A stretch of DNA of 60,592 nucleotides from Mycobacterium sp. (GTDB lineage Bacteria > Actinomycetota > Actinomycetes > Mycobacteriales > Mycobacteriaceae): positions 1-60,592 of the forward strand of contig NZ_JAVKSH010000002.1 in assembly GCF_039583805.1 (NCBI RefSeq), read 5' to 3'. This document shows, piece by piece, positions 1 to 9,262 of the stretch. The notes beneath the pieces were generated by a model, which worked only from the letters and a program-made list of their open reading frames with translations, was not told the origin of the DNA and ran no database searches. Every line of letters starts with the position of its first letter. The first letter of the stretch is position 1. Position numbers and translations under genes: made by a program.

Positions 1-4
1 CGCT

Positions 5-61
5 CGAACGTGAAGCTAGGTTCACGCTCAGTGTGCGACCGTGAACCTGGCTTCACGCTCG
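5..61. repeat. REP-like nested palindrome (CGAGCGTGAA...TTCACGCTCG family)
   Basis: Arms 5-26 (CGAACGTGAAGCTAGGTTCACG) and 40-61 are inverted repeats at 20/22; each arm is itself a CGTGAA-N6-TTCACG hairpin. Related copies at 4484-4559 and 14931-15000. Confidence 0.8.
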
Positions 62-72
62 GGGAGGTCGAA

Positions 73-647
73 CTAGGGCTGGCGGCCGGTGAAGGCGATC
101 AGCCGATCCAGCGGCGGTGCGTCGTCGGGCGCGTCGACGGGATCGTCAAAGCCGACCTGCGCTCGGCCCTGCGGCGTGATGTTCTTCTTGGCGAGGCCCA
201 GCACGTATTCGGCGACCGAGTCGGCGACATCGATGGGGTGACCGGTCGACTTCGCGTAATCCCAAGCGTGAACGGGGAATTCGAGCGACAGAATCCCGGC
301 CACGACTGCCGCGGGCAGCGTGTTCGGCCCGATCGTCACCGTGCCGTGCAGGCCGCGGTGGTGCCTGGCGTCCAGCGCGGGCCTGGCGGCGCCGACGATC
401 TGCCGCTCCACTGAATCGCCTGCGCCCCGGTTCGGCAATGTCGCGCCCGCCGCGCCGTCAATCACGATGATGGACTTCAGCAGATGGTCCGTCAGCGCCG
501 CCACGTCGTATGCCGCCACGTCGTATTCCGTGCACGGCGTGCGGTCGGCCAACTCGTCGCGGGCGATCGGACGGCCAGCGTTGCGTTGGCGCCGGAACGT
601 TCGTCGGCGGGCGGTGAGTCGGGGCCGGGCCGCAGGTCGTCAGACAT
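73..647 (-). pseudogene. TIGR03086-type (Rv3773c-like, DinB/MDMPI superfamily) gene, frameshifted
   Basis: ATG at 647 gives MSDDLRPGPDSPPADE (Rv3773c-like N-terminus) but is out of frame with the conserved body (RTPCTEYDV..LTDHLL..VHAWDYA..LDRLIAFTGR, ORF 73-552); shift near 568. Confidence 0.75.
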
Positions 648-670
648 GTTGTCCGCGGTACGGTCTGCCC

Positions 671-1495
671 ATGGGCGAGCCGTATGAATCCGTCACCATC
701 GAGACCAAGGATCACGTCGCGCAGGTGACGCTGATCGGGCCGGGCAAGGGCAATGCGATGGGGCCGGCATTCTGGTCGGAGATGCCCGAGGTGTTCGCCG
801 CGCTACAGGCCGATCCCGACGTGCGCGCCATCGTGTTGACCGGATCGGGCCGCAACTTCAGCTACGGCCTGGATCTGCCGGCGATGGGCGGGTCGCTGGC
901 CGGGGTGATGGCCGAGGGCGCGTCGGCGCGGCCGCGCGCCGAGCTCCACGCCGAAGTGCAGCGCATGCAAAGGGCGATCAGTGCCGTCGCCGACTGCCGC
1001 ACGCCCACGATCGCGTCGGTGCACGGCTGGTGCATCGGCGGCGGCGTCGACCTGATCTCGGCGGTCGACATCCGCTACGCCAGCGCCGACGCCAAATTCT
1101 CCGTCCGCGAGGTCAGGCTGGCGATGGTGGCCGACGTCGGCAGCCTCGCGCGGCTGCCGCTGATCCTGTCCGACGGGCACCTGCGGGAACTGGCGCTGAC
1201 GGGTAAGAACGTCGACGCCGCCCGCGCCGAGAAGATCGGCCTGGTCAACGACGTGTTCGGCGACGCGGACGCGGCGCTGGCCGCGGCGCACGCCACCGCC
1301 GCCGAGATCGCCGCCAACCCGCCGCTTACCGTCCACGGCATCAAGGATGTCCTCGACCAGCAACGTATTTCGGCGGTATCCGCGAGCCTGCGCTATGTGG
1401 CGGCGTGGAACGCGGCGTTCTTGCCGTCCAAGGATTTGTCCGAGGGTATCGCGGCAACGTTCGCCAAACGACCGCCGAAGTTCACCGGGGAGTAG
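671..1495 (+). CDS. echA21: Enoyl-CoA hydratase/isomerase
   Basis: Crotonase motifs (FSYGLDL, GWCIGGG, ADVGSL); synteny with Rv3774; start at MGEPYES. Confidence 0.9.
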   Translation: MGEPYESVTIETKDHVAQVTLIGPGKGNAMGPAFWSEMPEVFAALQADPDVRAIVLTGSGRNFSYGLDLPAMGGSLAGVMAEGASARPRAELHAEVQRMQRAISAVADCRTPTIASVHGWCIGGGVDLISAVDIRYASADAKFSVREVRLAMVADVGSLARLPLILSDGHLRELALTGKNVDAARAEKIGLVNDVFGDADAALAAAHATAAEIAANPPLTVHGIKDVLDQQRISAVSASLRYVAAWNAAFLPSKDLSEGIAATFAKRPPKFTGE

Positions 1496-1529
1496 CCGAT
1501 TCGGGATTCCCGCGGCCGGGACCGCTCGA

Positions 1530-1571
1530 CGGGGTCCGCGCCACGGGGTCCGCGCCTCGGGGTCCGCGCCT
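1530..1571. repeat. 14-bp tandem repeat x3 (CGGGGTCCGCGCCW)
   Basis: Read directly in the echA21-lipE intergenic region. Confidence 0.9.
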
Positions 1572-1587
1572 GACCCGAGTGCCGCGA

Positions 1588-1677
1588 TCACGGATCGTCG
1601 TCGTCGCCGCCGGCCGCAGCAGCTTTCCGGGGTGGGGGTATCAATTCGACGATCTGCTCGCGGATGTCCGAACACAT
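1588..1677 (-). pseudogene. Internally deleted 13E12/DUF222-HNH family gene (29-codon mini-ORF)
   Basis: MCSDIREQIVE resembles 13E12 N-termini (MCSTREEI-type). It is joined directly to TAC-CCC-CAC-CCC-GGA-AAG-CTG-CTG (YPHPGKLL in another frame, like the family's YHHPEKLL) and a DDDDP* end. Confidence 0.7.
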
Positions 1678-1705
1678 GTGCTAATCATATCGGCCCGGGC
1701 CGACA
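1668..1705 (-). promoter_or_regulatory. PafBC/RecA-NDp promoter plus imperfect LexA (SOS) box
   Basis: Minus strand reads TGTCGG-CCCGGGCCGA-TATGAT (TGTCGG-N10-TANNNT), 6 nt before ATG 1677. GAAC-ACAT-GTGC (1670-1681) is one mismatch from GAAC-N4-GTTC. Confidence 0.7.
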
Positions 1706-1728
1706 TGAACCACCCCGCAAACCCCCGC

Positions 1729-1755
1729 TGTGGATAAAAACGTGACTGTGGACAA
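1729..1755. promoter_or_regulatory. Two DnaA-box-like 9-mers
   Basis: TGTGGATAA (1729-1737) and TGTGGACAA (1747-1755) are reverse complements of TTATCCACA and TTGTCCACA, 18 bp apart. Confidence 0.5.
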
Positions 1756-1831
1756 CTCCCGTCCGGCGAGCCGACACGTACCCTCGCGGATGAGTCGACC
1801 CGACAGGGTCGACCTGACGGGAAGACCACGC

Positions 1832-3091
1832 ATGTCACCAGACGGCACGATCCGCGTCCCGGCCGACCTCGACGCCGTCACCGCTGTGGGCGCAGAAGAC
1901 CACTCCGGGATCGACCCGGCCCGCGTCGAACGCATCTGGCAGGCCGCACGGCACTGGTATCGGGCCGGCATGCACCCGGCCATTCAGCTGTGCCTGCGGC
2001 ACAACGGAAAGGTTGTGCTCAACCGCGCGATCGGACACGGCTGGGGCAACGCGCCGACCGATCCGCCCGACGCCGACAAGGTGCCGGTGCGCACCGACAC
2101 ACCGTTCTGTGTGTACTCGACGGCAAAGGCGATCACCGCCACCGTCGTGCACATGCTGGTCGAGCGCGGTCGGTTCTCGCTCGACGATCGGGTGTGCGAC
2201 TACCTGCCCGGCTACACCAGCCACGGCAAACACCGCACCACGATCCGCCATGTGCTGACCCACAGCGCGGGCGTCCCGTTTGCGTCCGGGCCCCGGCCCG
2301 ACGTCACCCGCGCCGACGACAGCCGTTACGCACGTGAGCAACTGGGCAACCTCAAACCGCTGTACCGGCCGGGGCTGATCCACATCTACCACGCGCTGAC
2401 GTGGGGACCGCTGATGCGGGAGATCGTCTCAGCGGCCACCGGCAAAGACATCCGCGAGATCCTTGCCGCCGAGATCCTCGACCCGCTCGGCTTCCGCTGG
2501 ACCAACTACGGCGTTGCGGCACAAGATGTTCCGCTGGTCGCGCCCAGCCATGCGACCGGTACGCCGCTGCCGACGCCGATCGCGGCGGTATTCCGCAAGG
2601 CCATCGGCGGGACCGTGCACCAGGTCATCCCGTTCAGCAACACCCCGCTGTTCCTGACCACGGTTGTCCCGTCGTCCAATACCATCTCGAACGCCTACGA
2701 GCTGTCGCGGTTCGCCGAAATATGGCGCCGTGGAGGCGAACTCGACGGCATTCGCGTACTGCAGCCGGAAACGCTGCGCAGCGCGGTGCGGGAATGCCGA
2801 CGCCTGCGGCCCGATGTCGCAACCGGGTTGAAGCCGCTGCGCTGGGGCACGGGATTCATGTTGGGGTCCAACCGGTTCGGGCCGTTCGGCCGCGACGCGC
2901 CCGCGGCGTTCGGCCACCTGGGGCTGGTGAACTGCGCCATCTGGGCCGACCCTGAACGCGGCCTCGCTGCCGGACTGGTCAGCAGCGGCAAACCCGGACG
3001 GGATCCCGAAGTCAGGCGCTACACCGCCCTGATGGACCGGATCGCCGCGGAGATCCCCAGACACGACACGCGCGGTGGCGGAGGGATTTGA
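1832..3091 (+). CDS. lipE: Beta-lactamase-fold lipase/esterase LipE
   Basis: SxxK (YSTAK), LTHSAG, YHALTWG, FGHLG; IRVPADLDAVTA N-terminus; synteny with Rv3775. Confidence 0.9.
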   Translation: MSPDGTIRVPADLDAVTAVGAEDHSGIDPARVERIWQAARHWYRAGMHPAIQLCLRHNGKVVLNRAIGHGWGNAPTDPPDADKVPVRTDTPFCVYSTAKAITATVVHMLVERGRFSLDDRVCDYLPGYTSHGKHRTTIRHVLTHSAGVPFASGPRPDVTRADDSRYAREQLGNLKPLYRPGLIHIYHALTWGPLMREIVSAATGKDIREILAAEILDPLGFRWTNYGVAAQDVPLVAPSHATGTPLPTPIAAVFRKAIGGTVHQVIPFSNTPLFLTTVVPSSNTISNAYELSRFAEIWRRGGELDGIRVLQPETLRSAVRECRRLRPDVATGLKPLRWGTGFMLGSNRFGPFGRDAPAAFGHLGLVNCAIWADPERGLAAGLVSSGKPGRDPEVRRYTALMDRIAAEIPRHDTRGGGGI

Positions 3092-3158
3092 ACCCCCGGA
3101 CGCTTGTTACGTCTCTCGCTTTCAAGGCGAGTGCATTAGGCCGCTCTGCCACGCCACC
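3073..3158 (-). tRNA. tRNA-Ser(UGA)
   Basis: GGTGGCG acceptor stem, CTCGC-CTTGAAA-GCGAG anticodon arm, long variable arm, GGTTCAAATCC T-loop, G discriminator; CCA not encoded. Confidence 0.95.
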
Positions 3159-3282
3159 GCGCACCAGCCTAACGGGACACGGGCCGGCGGCGTGCGGCGC
3201 GACGCGGCGCAGCGGGAATGGCCCGGCATGCGCGGCGAGTACCCGCGAGTAGCGGCCAGTGCCGGCTAGTAGCGTGTCCACC

Positions 3283-4263
3283 GTGCACGCGATCGTCGCC
3301 GAATCCGCCGGTCAGCTCGTGTGGCAGCAGGTGCCCGACGTGACGCCGGGCCGCGGCGAGGTGGTGATCAAGGTCAGCGCCGCCGGCGTGAACCGGGCCG
3401 ACCTGCTGCAGGCCGCCGGTCACTATCCACCGCCGCCCGGCGCCAGCGACGTGCTGGGCATGGAGGTGTCCGGGACGGTGGCCGCGGTCGGCGACGGCGT
3501 CGCCGAATGGACGGTCGGGCAAAAAGTCTGCGCTTTGCTGGCGGGGGGAGGATATGCCGAATACGCCGTCGTCCCCGCCGGTCAGGTTCTGCCGATTCCG
3601 GACGGCGTCGAGTTGCAGGATGCCGCCGGCCTCCCCGAGGTGGCCTGCACGGTCTGGTCGAACCTGGTGCTGGCGGCGCAGTTGCGCGAGGGCTCGCTGA
3701 TCCTGATCCACGGCGGAGCCAGCGGCGTGGGCACCCACGCCATCCAGGTCGCCCGCGCACTGGGCGCCCGGGTGGCGATCACCGCGGGATCACCGGCGAA
3801 GCTGGACCTCTGCCGCGAGCTGGGAGCCCAGATCACCATCGCCTATCACGACGAGGACTTCGTCGCCCGCGTCAAAGAGGCGACCGACGGCGCGGGCGCC
3901 GAAGTGATCCTCGACATCATGGGTGCCGCCTACCTGGAACGCAACCTCGACGCGCTGGCCACCGACGGTCGGCTGGTCGTGATCGGACTGCAGGGCGGGG
4001 TCCGGGCCGAGCTGAACCTCGGCACGCTGATCGGCAAACGGGCCCGCGTCATCGGGACTGCGCTGCGCAGCCGACCGGTGTCGGGTCCCACCGGCAAAAG
4101 CGCGATCGTCGACGCGGTCACCGCCTCGGTCTGGCCGATGATCGCCGACGGCCGCGTCCGTCCGGTCATCGGCGCCCGCATGCCGATCGAGCAGGCCGCC
4201 GACGCCCACCGCCTGCTCTCGTCGGGGCGGGTGACCGGAAAGATCGTGCTCACCATCGGCTAA
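3283..4263 (+). CDS. NAD(P)H-quinone oxidoreductase, PIG3/zeta-crystallin type (Rv3777-like)
   Basis: GVNRADLLQ..YPPPPG, IHGGASGVG, GKIVL motifs; start inferred at GTG 3283. Confidence 0.9.
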   Translation: MHAIVAESAGQLVWQQVPDVTPGRGEVVIKVSAAGVNRADLLQAAGHYPPPPGASDVLGMEVSGTVAAVGDGVAEWTVGQKVCALLAGGGYAEYAVVPAGQVLPIPDGVELQDAAGLPEVACTVWSNLVLAAQLREGSLILIHGGASGVGTHAIQVARALGARVAITAGSPAKLDLCRELGAQITIAYHDEDFVARVKEATDGAGAEVILDIMGAAYLERNLDALATDGRLVVIGLQGGVRAELNLGTLIGKRARVIGTALRSRPVSGPTGKSAIVDAVTASVWPMIADGRVRPVIGARMPIEQAADAHRLLSSGRVTGKIVLTIG

Positions 4264-4387
4264 GGGCCGGCTAGGAGCCGGCTAACGCCAACCGGCACTT
4301 GGCATTACGCGCATAAGTTTCGCACCTGGGGAAGCTAGTGGTCGCGCTCATAAGTTCGTCGGGATCATGTGTTTGTCACCAGGTCTT

Positions 4388-4436
4388 CAGCACACCCAGG
4401 GTCTGCAGCGCACCCAGGGTCTGCAGCACAGCCAGG
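4388..4436. repeat. 18-bp tandem repeat x2.7 (CAGCRCACCCAGGGTCTG)
   Basis: Read directly, inside the MITE. Confidence 0.85.
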
Positions 4437-4483
4437 TAGCTGTGATCAACGAGGCGTGTGGGTCGACCCTGTTCAGCCCGGCC

Positions 4484-4559
4484 TCACCGAACGTGAAGCC
4501 GTTGCGACCAACCCTTGAACCAAGGCCGGATTTTTTTCCAAGGGCTTCACGTTCGGTGA
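4484..4559. repeat. REP-like hairpin nested in the MITE
   Basis: Perfect 17-bp inverted repeat TCACCGAACGTGAAGCC / GGCTTCACGTTCGGTGA with 42-nt spacer. Confidence 0.85.
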
Positions 4560-4606
4560 CCTGACCCCCGGTGCACGGCACCCCAACGAACTTACGAGCG
4601 AGACCG

Positions 4607-5803
4607 CTAGCCCAGGGATGCGACGGCACGCACCAGCTGGTCGACCTCGGCCGGCGTCGAATAATGCGCGAGCCCGACGGTGACCGCGCCGCCGAAATCG
4701 TTCACGCCGATGACGTCGAGCACCCGGGAACCGGCGTTGGCTGTCGCCAGAATTCCATTGTCCGCCAGCCGTTGCACCACCCGCTCGGCCGGCACCTCGT
4801 GGACGGCGAAGCTGACCACGGGTACGCGCGACTCGGGCTGGCCGATCGCCACCACCAGCGGCAGTGACCGCAACGACGCCATGAGGTAATCAAACAGCCT
4901 GTTCAGGTAGTCGGCAGCGGATTGCATTGACAGCAGCAGCTTTTCGCGTCGGCTCCCGCGAGCAGACTCATCGAGGGCAGCCAGGTACTCGACGCTGGCG
5001 ACGAATCCGGCGAGCAGCCCGAACTGATGAACACCGACCTCCAGGCGGGCCGGCCCGGTGGCATGCGGGTTGGCGGACACCGACCCGAACGCGTTGATCA
5101 GCGCCGGGTCGCGGAACACCAGCGCGCCGATCGGCGGGCCGCCCCACCCGACCGCGTTGAGGGCCACCACGTCGGCCTCGACTGCGTCGATGTCGATCAG
5201 CCGGTATGGGGCAGCGGCGGTGTGGTCGACGACCGCGAGACCCCCGACCTCGTGAATCAGCTTGGTGACGGTCCGCACATCGGTGACGGTGCCCAACACG
5301 GCCGACGCCGACGCCAGCGCGACCAGACGCGTCGACCTGCCGATCAGGCTCTCCCATTGCCAGGCGGGCAGTTCCCCGGTCTCGACGTCGACCTCGGCCC
5401 ATTTCAGCTTGGCGCCGAATCGATTTGCCGCGCGCAGCCACGGGGCGATGTTCGCCTCGTCGTCGAGCCGGGTGACGATGATCTCGTAACCCAGCCCGGC
5501 CCGGGTGGACGACGCCTCGGCCAGCGACGACAGCAGCACAGCGCGATCGGCGCCCAGCACCACCCCGCGCGGGTCCCCGTTGACCAGGTCGGCCGCGGCC
5601 GCCCGGGCGGCCTCCAGCACCGCCGCGCTGCGCCGCGCCGACGGATGCGGGCCGGCGGCGCTGGGGAACGACCCCCGAAAGGCCGTCGACACGGTGGTGG
5701 CCACCGACTCGGGAATCAGCATCCCGGCCGGCGCGTCGAAGTGCACCCACCCATCGCCCAGCGACGGGTGCAGTCCACGCACCCGGGCGACGTCGTATGC
5801 CAT
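4607..5803 (-). CDS. Cysteine desulfurase-like class V aminotransferase (Rv3778c-like)
   Basis: [10 protein letters not shown] start, HFDAPAG, VVDH; synteny. Confidence 0.9.
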   Translation of the reverse strand: MAYDVARVRGLHPSLGDGWVHFDAPAGMLIPESVATTVSTAFRGSFPSAAGPHPSARRSAAVLEAARAAAADLVNGDPRGVVLGADRAVLLSSLAEASSTRAGLGYEIIVTRLDDEANIAPWLRAANRFGAKLKWAEVDVETGELPAWQWESLIGRSTRLVALASASAVLGTVTDVRTVTKLIHEVGGLAVVDHTAAAPYRLIDIDAVEADVVALNAVGWGGPPIGALVFRDPALINAFGSVSANPHATGPARLEVGVHQFGLLAGFVASVEYLAALDESARGSRREKLLLSMQSAADYLNRLFDYLMASLRSLPLVVAIGQPESRVPVVSFAVHEVPAERVVQRLADNGILATANAGSRVLDVIGVNDFGGAVTVGLAHYSTPAEVDQLVRAVASLG

Positions 5804-5911
5804 GCCAGCCACCTCAAATTCCCGTCACTACGCGGACAGCGACGGTAGCGAGCGCCCGGACACGTGCCCCGCAGCGCCGAGCCAGGTCACCCGGCCAGCC
5901 ATACTAGTCCA

Positions 5912-7900
5912 GTGGGGCTGGCATTCGGAACGCTGAGCGCGCTGCTTTTGCTGATTGTACCGGGGGCAACCATCGCACATGTTGCGCGGCTGAGCTGGCC
6001 GGTCTCTGTCGCGGTCGGCCCCGCGGCGACGTACGGCGTCGTCGCGCTGGCGATCATCCCCTACGGCGGGGCCGGGATCGGGTGGAACGCGTGGACGGCG
6101 CTTGCCGCGCTGGTCGTCGTGACGGCCGTGATGGTCGTTCTCCGGTTCGCGCTGGCCCGGTTCCGCGACGCCGACGGCGAATCCCGGGCAGTCCGCGGCC
6201 GGCCGGCGGCGACCATGGCTGCCGGGGTGGTGCTGGGCGCGGTGGGGATCTGGTACGCCGCGCTGCGGGGAATCCCGCACTGGCAGTCCATCCCCAGCAC
6301 CTGGGACGCGGTCTGGCACGCCAACACCATTGGCTTCATCCTCGACACCGGGCAGGCGTCGTCGACCCACATGGGTGAGCTGCGCAACGTCGAGACCCAC
6401 GACCTGCTCTACTACCCGTCGGCGTTTCATGCGCTGGCCGCGGTGTTGAGCCAGCTGACCGGCGCGGCGCCGACCACCGCCTACACCGTGAGCGCGCTGG
6501 CGGCCGCGGTCTGGCTGTTCCCGACCAGCGCGGCGATCCTGACCTGGCGCGTGGTGCGCACCCGCAGCACCGAGTGGCGCGCCGCCGGTGCGGCCGCCTG
6601 CGCGGCGATGCTCGCCGCGTCGTTCACCGCGCTCCCCTACGTCGAATTCGACACCGCGGCGATGCCGAACCTGACCGCCTACGGCATCGCCGTGCCGACC
6701 TTCGCGCTGGTCACCTCCACGCCGCGGCACCGCGACCGCGCACCGTTGGCGACGCTGGCGCTGGTGGGTGTCTTTTCGGTGCACATCACCGGCGGTGTCG
6801 TCGTCGTGCTCTTGCTGGCGGCGTGGTGGCTGATGGACGGGCTGTGGCATCCGGTGCGCGGCCGGCTCGGCGACACGGTGGCGCTGGCCGCCGCCGTCGT
6901 GCCGGCCGGGCTGATCCTGTTGCCGCAGTTCCTCAGCGTCCGGCAACAGGAGGACATCATCGCCGGGCACTCGTTCCTGACCTATCTCAGCACGAAGCGC
7001 GGCGTGTTCGACGCGGTTTTCCAGCATTCCCGCCACCTCAACGATTTCCCGGTGCAGTACGGGCTGATCGGGCTGGCGGCGCTGGGAGGCGTCGTGCTGC
7101 TGGTCACCAGAATCTGGTGGCCGCTGGCGGTCTGGCTGCTGCTGGTCGTGGTGAACGTTGATGCGGGCACACCGCTGCCCGGGCCGATCGGCGCGCTGGC
7201 GGGAACGTTCGGCGAGTTCTTCTACAAGGATCCGCGCCGGCTGGCGGCCGCGACGACCCTGTTGTTGACGCCGATGGCCGGGATCGGGTTGGTCGTGCTG
7301 GCGCTGGCCGGGGTAGGCGCGGCGCGGTGGCTGACGGCCCGGGTGACCACCCGGCGCCTGCCCACAGCGGCCCAGACCGCCACCGCCGCGGTGCTGGCGG
7401 TGGCGGTCAGCCTGGCCAGCGCCTGGCACTACTTCCCACGGCACCGGTTCCTGTTCGGGGACAAGTACGACTCGGTGATCGTCGACCAGAAGGACCTGGA
7501 GGCGTTCGCCTACCTGGCCACCCTGCCCGGTGCCCGCGACACACTGATCGGCAACGCCAACACCGACGGCACCGCGTGGATGTACGCCGTCGCCGGCCTG
7601 CACCCGTTGTGGACCCACTACGACTACCCCGTGCAGCGGGGGCCGGGCTACCACCGGTTCATCTTCTGGGCCTACGCCGACGACGCCGACACCGACCCGC
7701 GGGTAGCCGAGGCCATCCGCGCGCTCGACATCCGCTACGTACTGATCAGCTCGCCAGTGGTGCGCGGATTCGTGATGCCCGACGGACTAGTGTCACTGGA
7801 GAAGTCCAAGTCCTGGGCGAAGATCTACGACAACGGCGAGGCCCGGATCTACCAGTGGCGTGGCGCCCCGGCGGTGCCGAACCAGCAGACCAACCGTTGA
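5912..7900 (+). CDS. GT-C membrane glycosyltransferase, arabinogalactan galactosaminyltransferase (Rv3779-like)
   Basis: Multi-TM protein with WDAVWHAN and YYPSAFH; synteny; GTG 5912 is 6 nt after CATACT. Confidence 0.85.
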   Translation: MGLAFGTLSALLLLIVPGATIAHVARLSWPVSVAVGPAATYGVVALAIIPYGGAGIGWNAWTALAALVVVTAVMVVLRFALARFRDADGESRAVRGRPAATMAAGVVLGAVGIWYAALRGIPHWQSIPSTWDAVWHANTIGFILDTGQASSTHMGELRNVETHDLLYYPSAFHALAAVLSQLTGAAPTTAYTVSALAAAVWLFPTSAAILTWRVVRTRSTEWRAAGAAACAAMLAASFTALPYVEFDTAAMPNLTAYGIAVPTFALVTSTPRHRDRAPLATLALVGVFSVHITGGVVVVLLLAAWWLMDGLWHPVRGRLGDTVALAAAVVPAGLILLPQFLSVRQQEDIIAGHSFLTYLSTKRGVFDAVFQHSRHLNDFPVQYGLIGLAALGGVVLLVTRIWWPLAVWLLLVVVNVDAGTPLPGPIGALAGTFGEFFYKDPRRLAAATTLLLTPMAGIGLVVLALAGVGAARWLTARVTTRRLPTAAQTATAAVLAVAVSLASAWHYFPRHRFLFGDKYDSVIVDQKDLEAFAYLATLPGARDTLIGNANTDGTAWMYAVAGLHPLWTHYDYPVQRGPGYHRFIFWAYADDADTDPRVAEAIRALDIRYVLISSPVVRGFVMPDGLVSLEKSKSWAKIYDNGEARIYQWRGAPAVPNQQTNR

Positions 7901-7914
7901 GAACCGCAGGGAGA

Positions 7915-8442
7915 GTGAAGGGATTGAGCATCGACAGCGACGACGACAACGTCGAGATCATCGGTGGCATCGACCCCCGTCTGATCACCGACAGCGACGA
8001 CGACTCCGACGACCGCTCGCTGACCGACCTGGTCGAGCAGCCGGCCAAGGTGATGCGGATCGGCACCATGATCAAACAGCTGCTCGAAGAGGTGCGCGCC
8101 GCACCGCTGGACGAAGCCAGCCGCAACCGGCTGCGCGAGATCCACGCCACCAGCATCCGCGAGCTCGAAGACGGGCTGGCGCCGGAGCTGCGGGAGGAGC
8201 TCGACCGGCTGACCCTGCCGTTCGACGAGGGCGCCGCACCGACGGATGCGGAGTTGCGCATCGCGCAGGCGCAGCTGGTCGGCTGGCTGGAGGGCCTGTT
8301 CCACGGGATCCAGACGGCGCTGTTCGCCCAGCAGATGGCCGCCCGCGCGCAGCTGAAGCAGATGCGCCAGGGTGCGCTGCCGCCGGGAGCCACCTGGTCC
8401 GGGCAGGGCGGCCACGGTTCGGGCACCGGGCAGTACCTGTAA
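7915..8442 (+). CDS. bpa: Bacterial proteasome activator Bpa/PafE
   Basis: LVEQPAKVMRIGTMIKQLL core and C-terminal GQYL motif. Confidence 0.95.
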   Translation: MKGLSIDSDDDNVEIIGGIDPRLITDSDDDSDDRSLTDLVEQPAKVMRIGTMIKQLLEEVRAAPLDEASRNRLREIHATSIRELEDGLAPELREELDRLTLPFDEGAAPTDAELRIAQAQLVGWLEGLFHGIQTALFAQQMAARAQLKQMRQGALPPGATWSGQGGHGSGTGQYL

Positions 8443-8452
8443 GCAGACGCCG

Positions 8453-9262
8453 GTGCCGACGCCGCACAGTCCCCGTATCGAGACCCGCAACGCGTGGGTG
8501 GAGTTTCCCATCTTCGACGCCAAGTCGCGCTCGCTGAAGAAGGCCTTCCTGGGCAAGGCCGGTGGCCGGATCGGGCGCACCACCTCCAACGTGGTGGTCG
8601 TCGAGGCGCTGCGGGACATCACCCTGTCGCTGAACCTGGGTGATCGGGTGGGGCTGGTCGGGCACAACGGTGCCGGGAAATCGACGCTGCTGCGGCTACT
8701 TTCGGGCATCTACGAACCCACCCGCGGCTCGGCGTCGGTCACCGGGCGGGTGGCGCCGGTGTTCGATCTGGGCGTCGGCATGGACCCGGAGATCTCCGGC
8801 TACGAGAACATCATCATCCGCGGCCTGTTCCTGGGGCAGACCCGCCGGCAGATGCTGGCCAAGGTCGACGAGATCGCCGAGTTCACCGAGCTGGGCGACT
8901 ACCTGTCGATGCCGCTGCGCACGTACTCCACCGGCATGCGGGTGCGGCTGGCGATGGGGGTCGTCACCAGCATCGACCCGGACATCTTGCTGCTCGACGA
9001 GGGCATCGGCGCGGTGGACGCCGACTTCCTGAAGAAGGCCCAGAGCCGGCTGCAGCGTCTGGTGGAGCGATCCGGAATCCTCGTGTTCGCCAGCCACTCC
9101 AACGACTTTCTGGCCCGCCTGTGCAAGACCGCGATGTGGATCGAGCACGGCACCATCCGGCTCACCGGCGGCATCGAGGACGTCGTGCGGGCTTACGAAG
9201 GCGAGGACGCGGCCCGCCATGTCCGCGAGGTGCTCGTCGAGACGGCGCACACCCATGACTGA
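8453..9262 (+). CDS. wzt: Galactan export ABC transporter ATPase (RfbE/Wzt)
   Basis: GHNGAGKST Walker A, YSTGM signature, LLLDE Walker B. Confidence 0.93.
   Translation: MPTPHSPRIETRNAWVEFPIFDAKSRSLKKAFLGKAGGRIGRTTSNVVVVEALRDITLSLNLGDRVGLVGHNGAGKSTLLRLLSGIYEPTRGSASVTGRVAPVFDLGVGMDPEISGYENIIIRGLFLGQTRRQMLAKVDEIAEFTELGDYLSMPLRTYSTGMRVRLAMGVVTSIDPDILLLDEGIGAVDADFLKKAQSRLQRLVERSGILVFASHSNDFLARLCKTAMWIEHGTIRLTGGIEDVVRAYEGEDAARHVREVLVETAHTHD

Larger units (their letters stand above)
4335..4610. mobile_element. Non-autonomous MITE / IS630-like relic
   Basis: 29-bp terminal inverted repeats (4335-4363 and 4582-4610, 25/29 identical), each starting with CTAG; no transposase ORF. Confidence 0.7.

Noticed and set aside
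5130-5170. Missing PLP lysine in the desulfurase-like protein (NAVGW)
   Set aside because: As recalled, Rv3778c also lacks it, so it is a subfamily trait and not a lesion.
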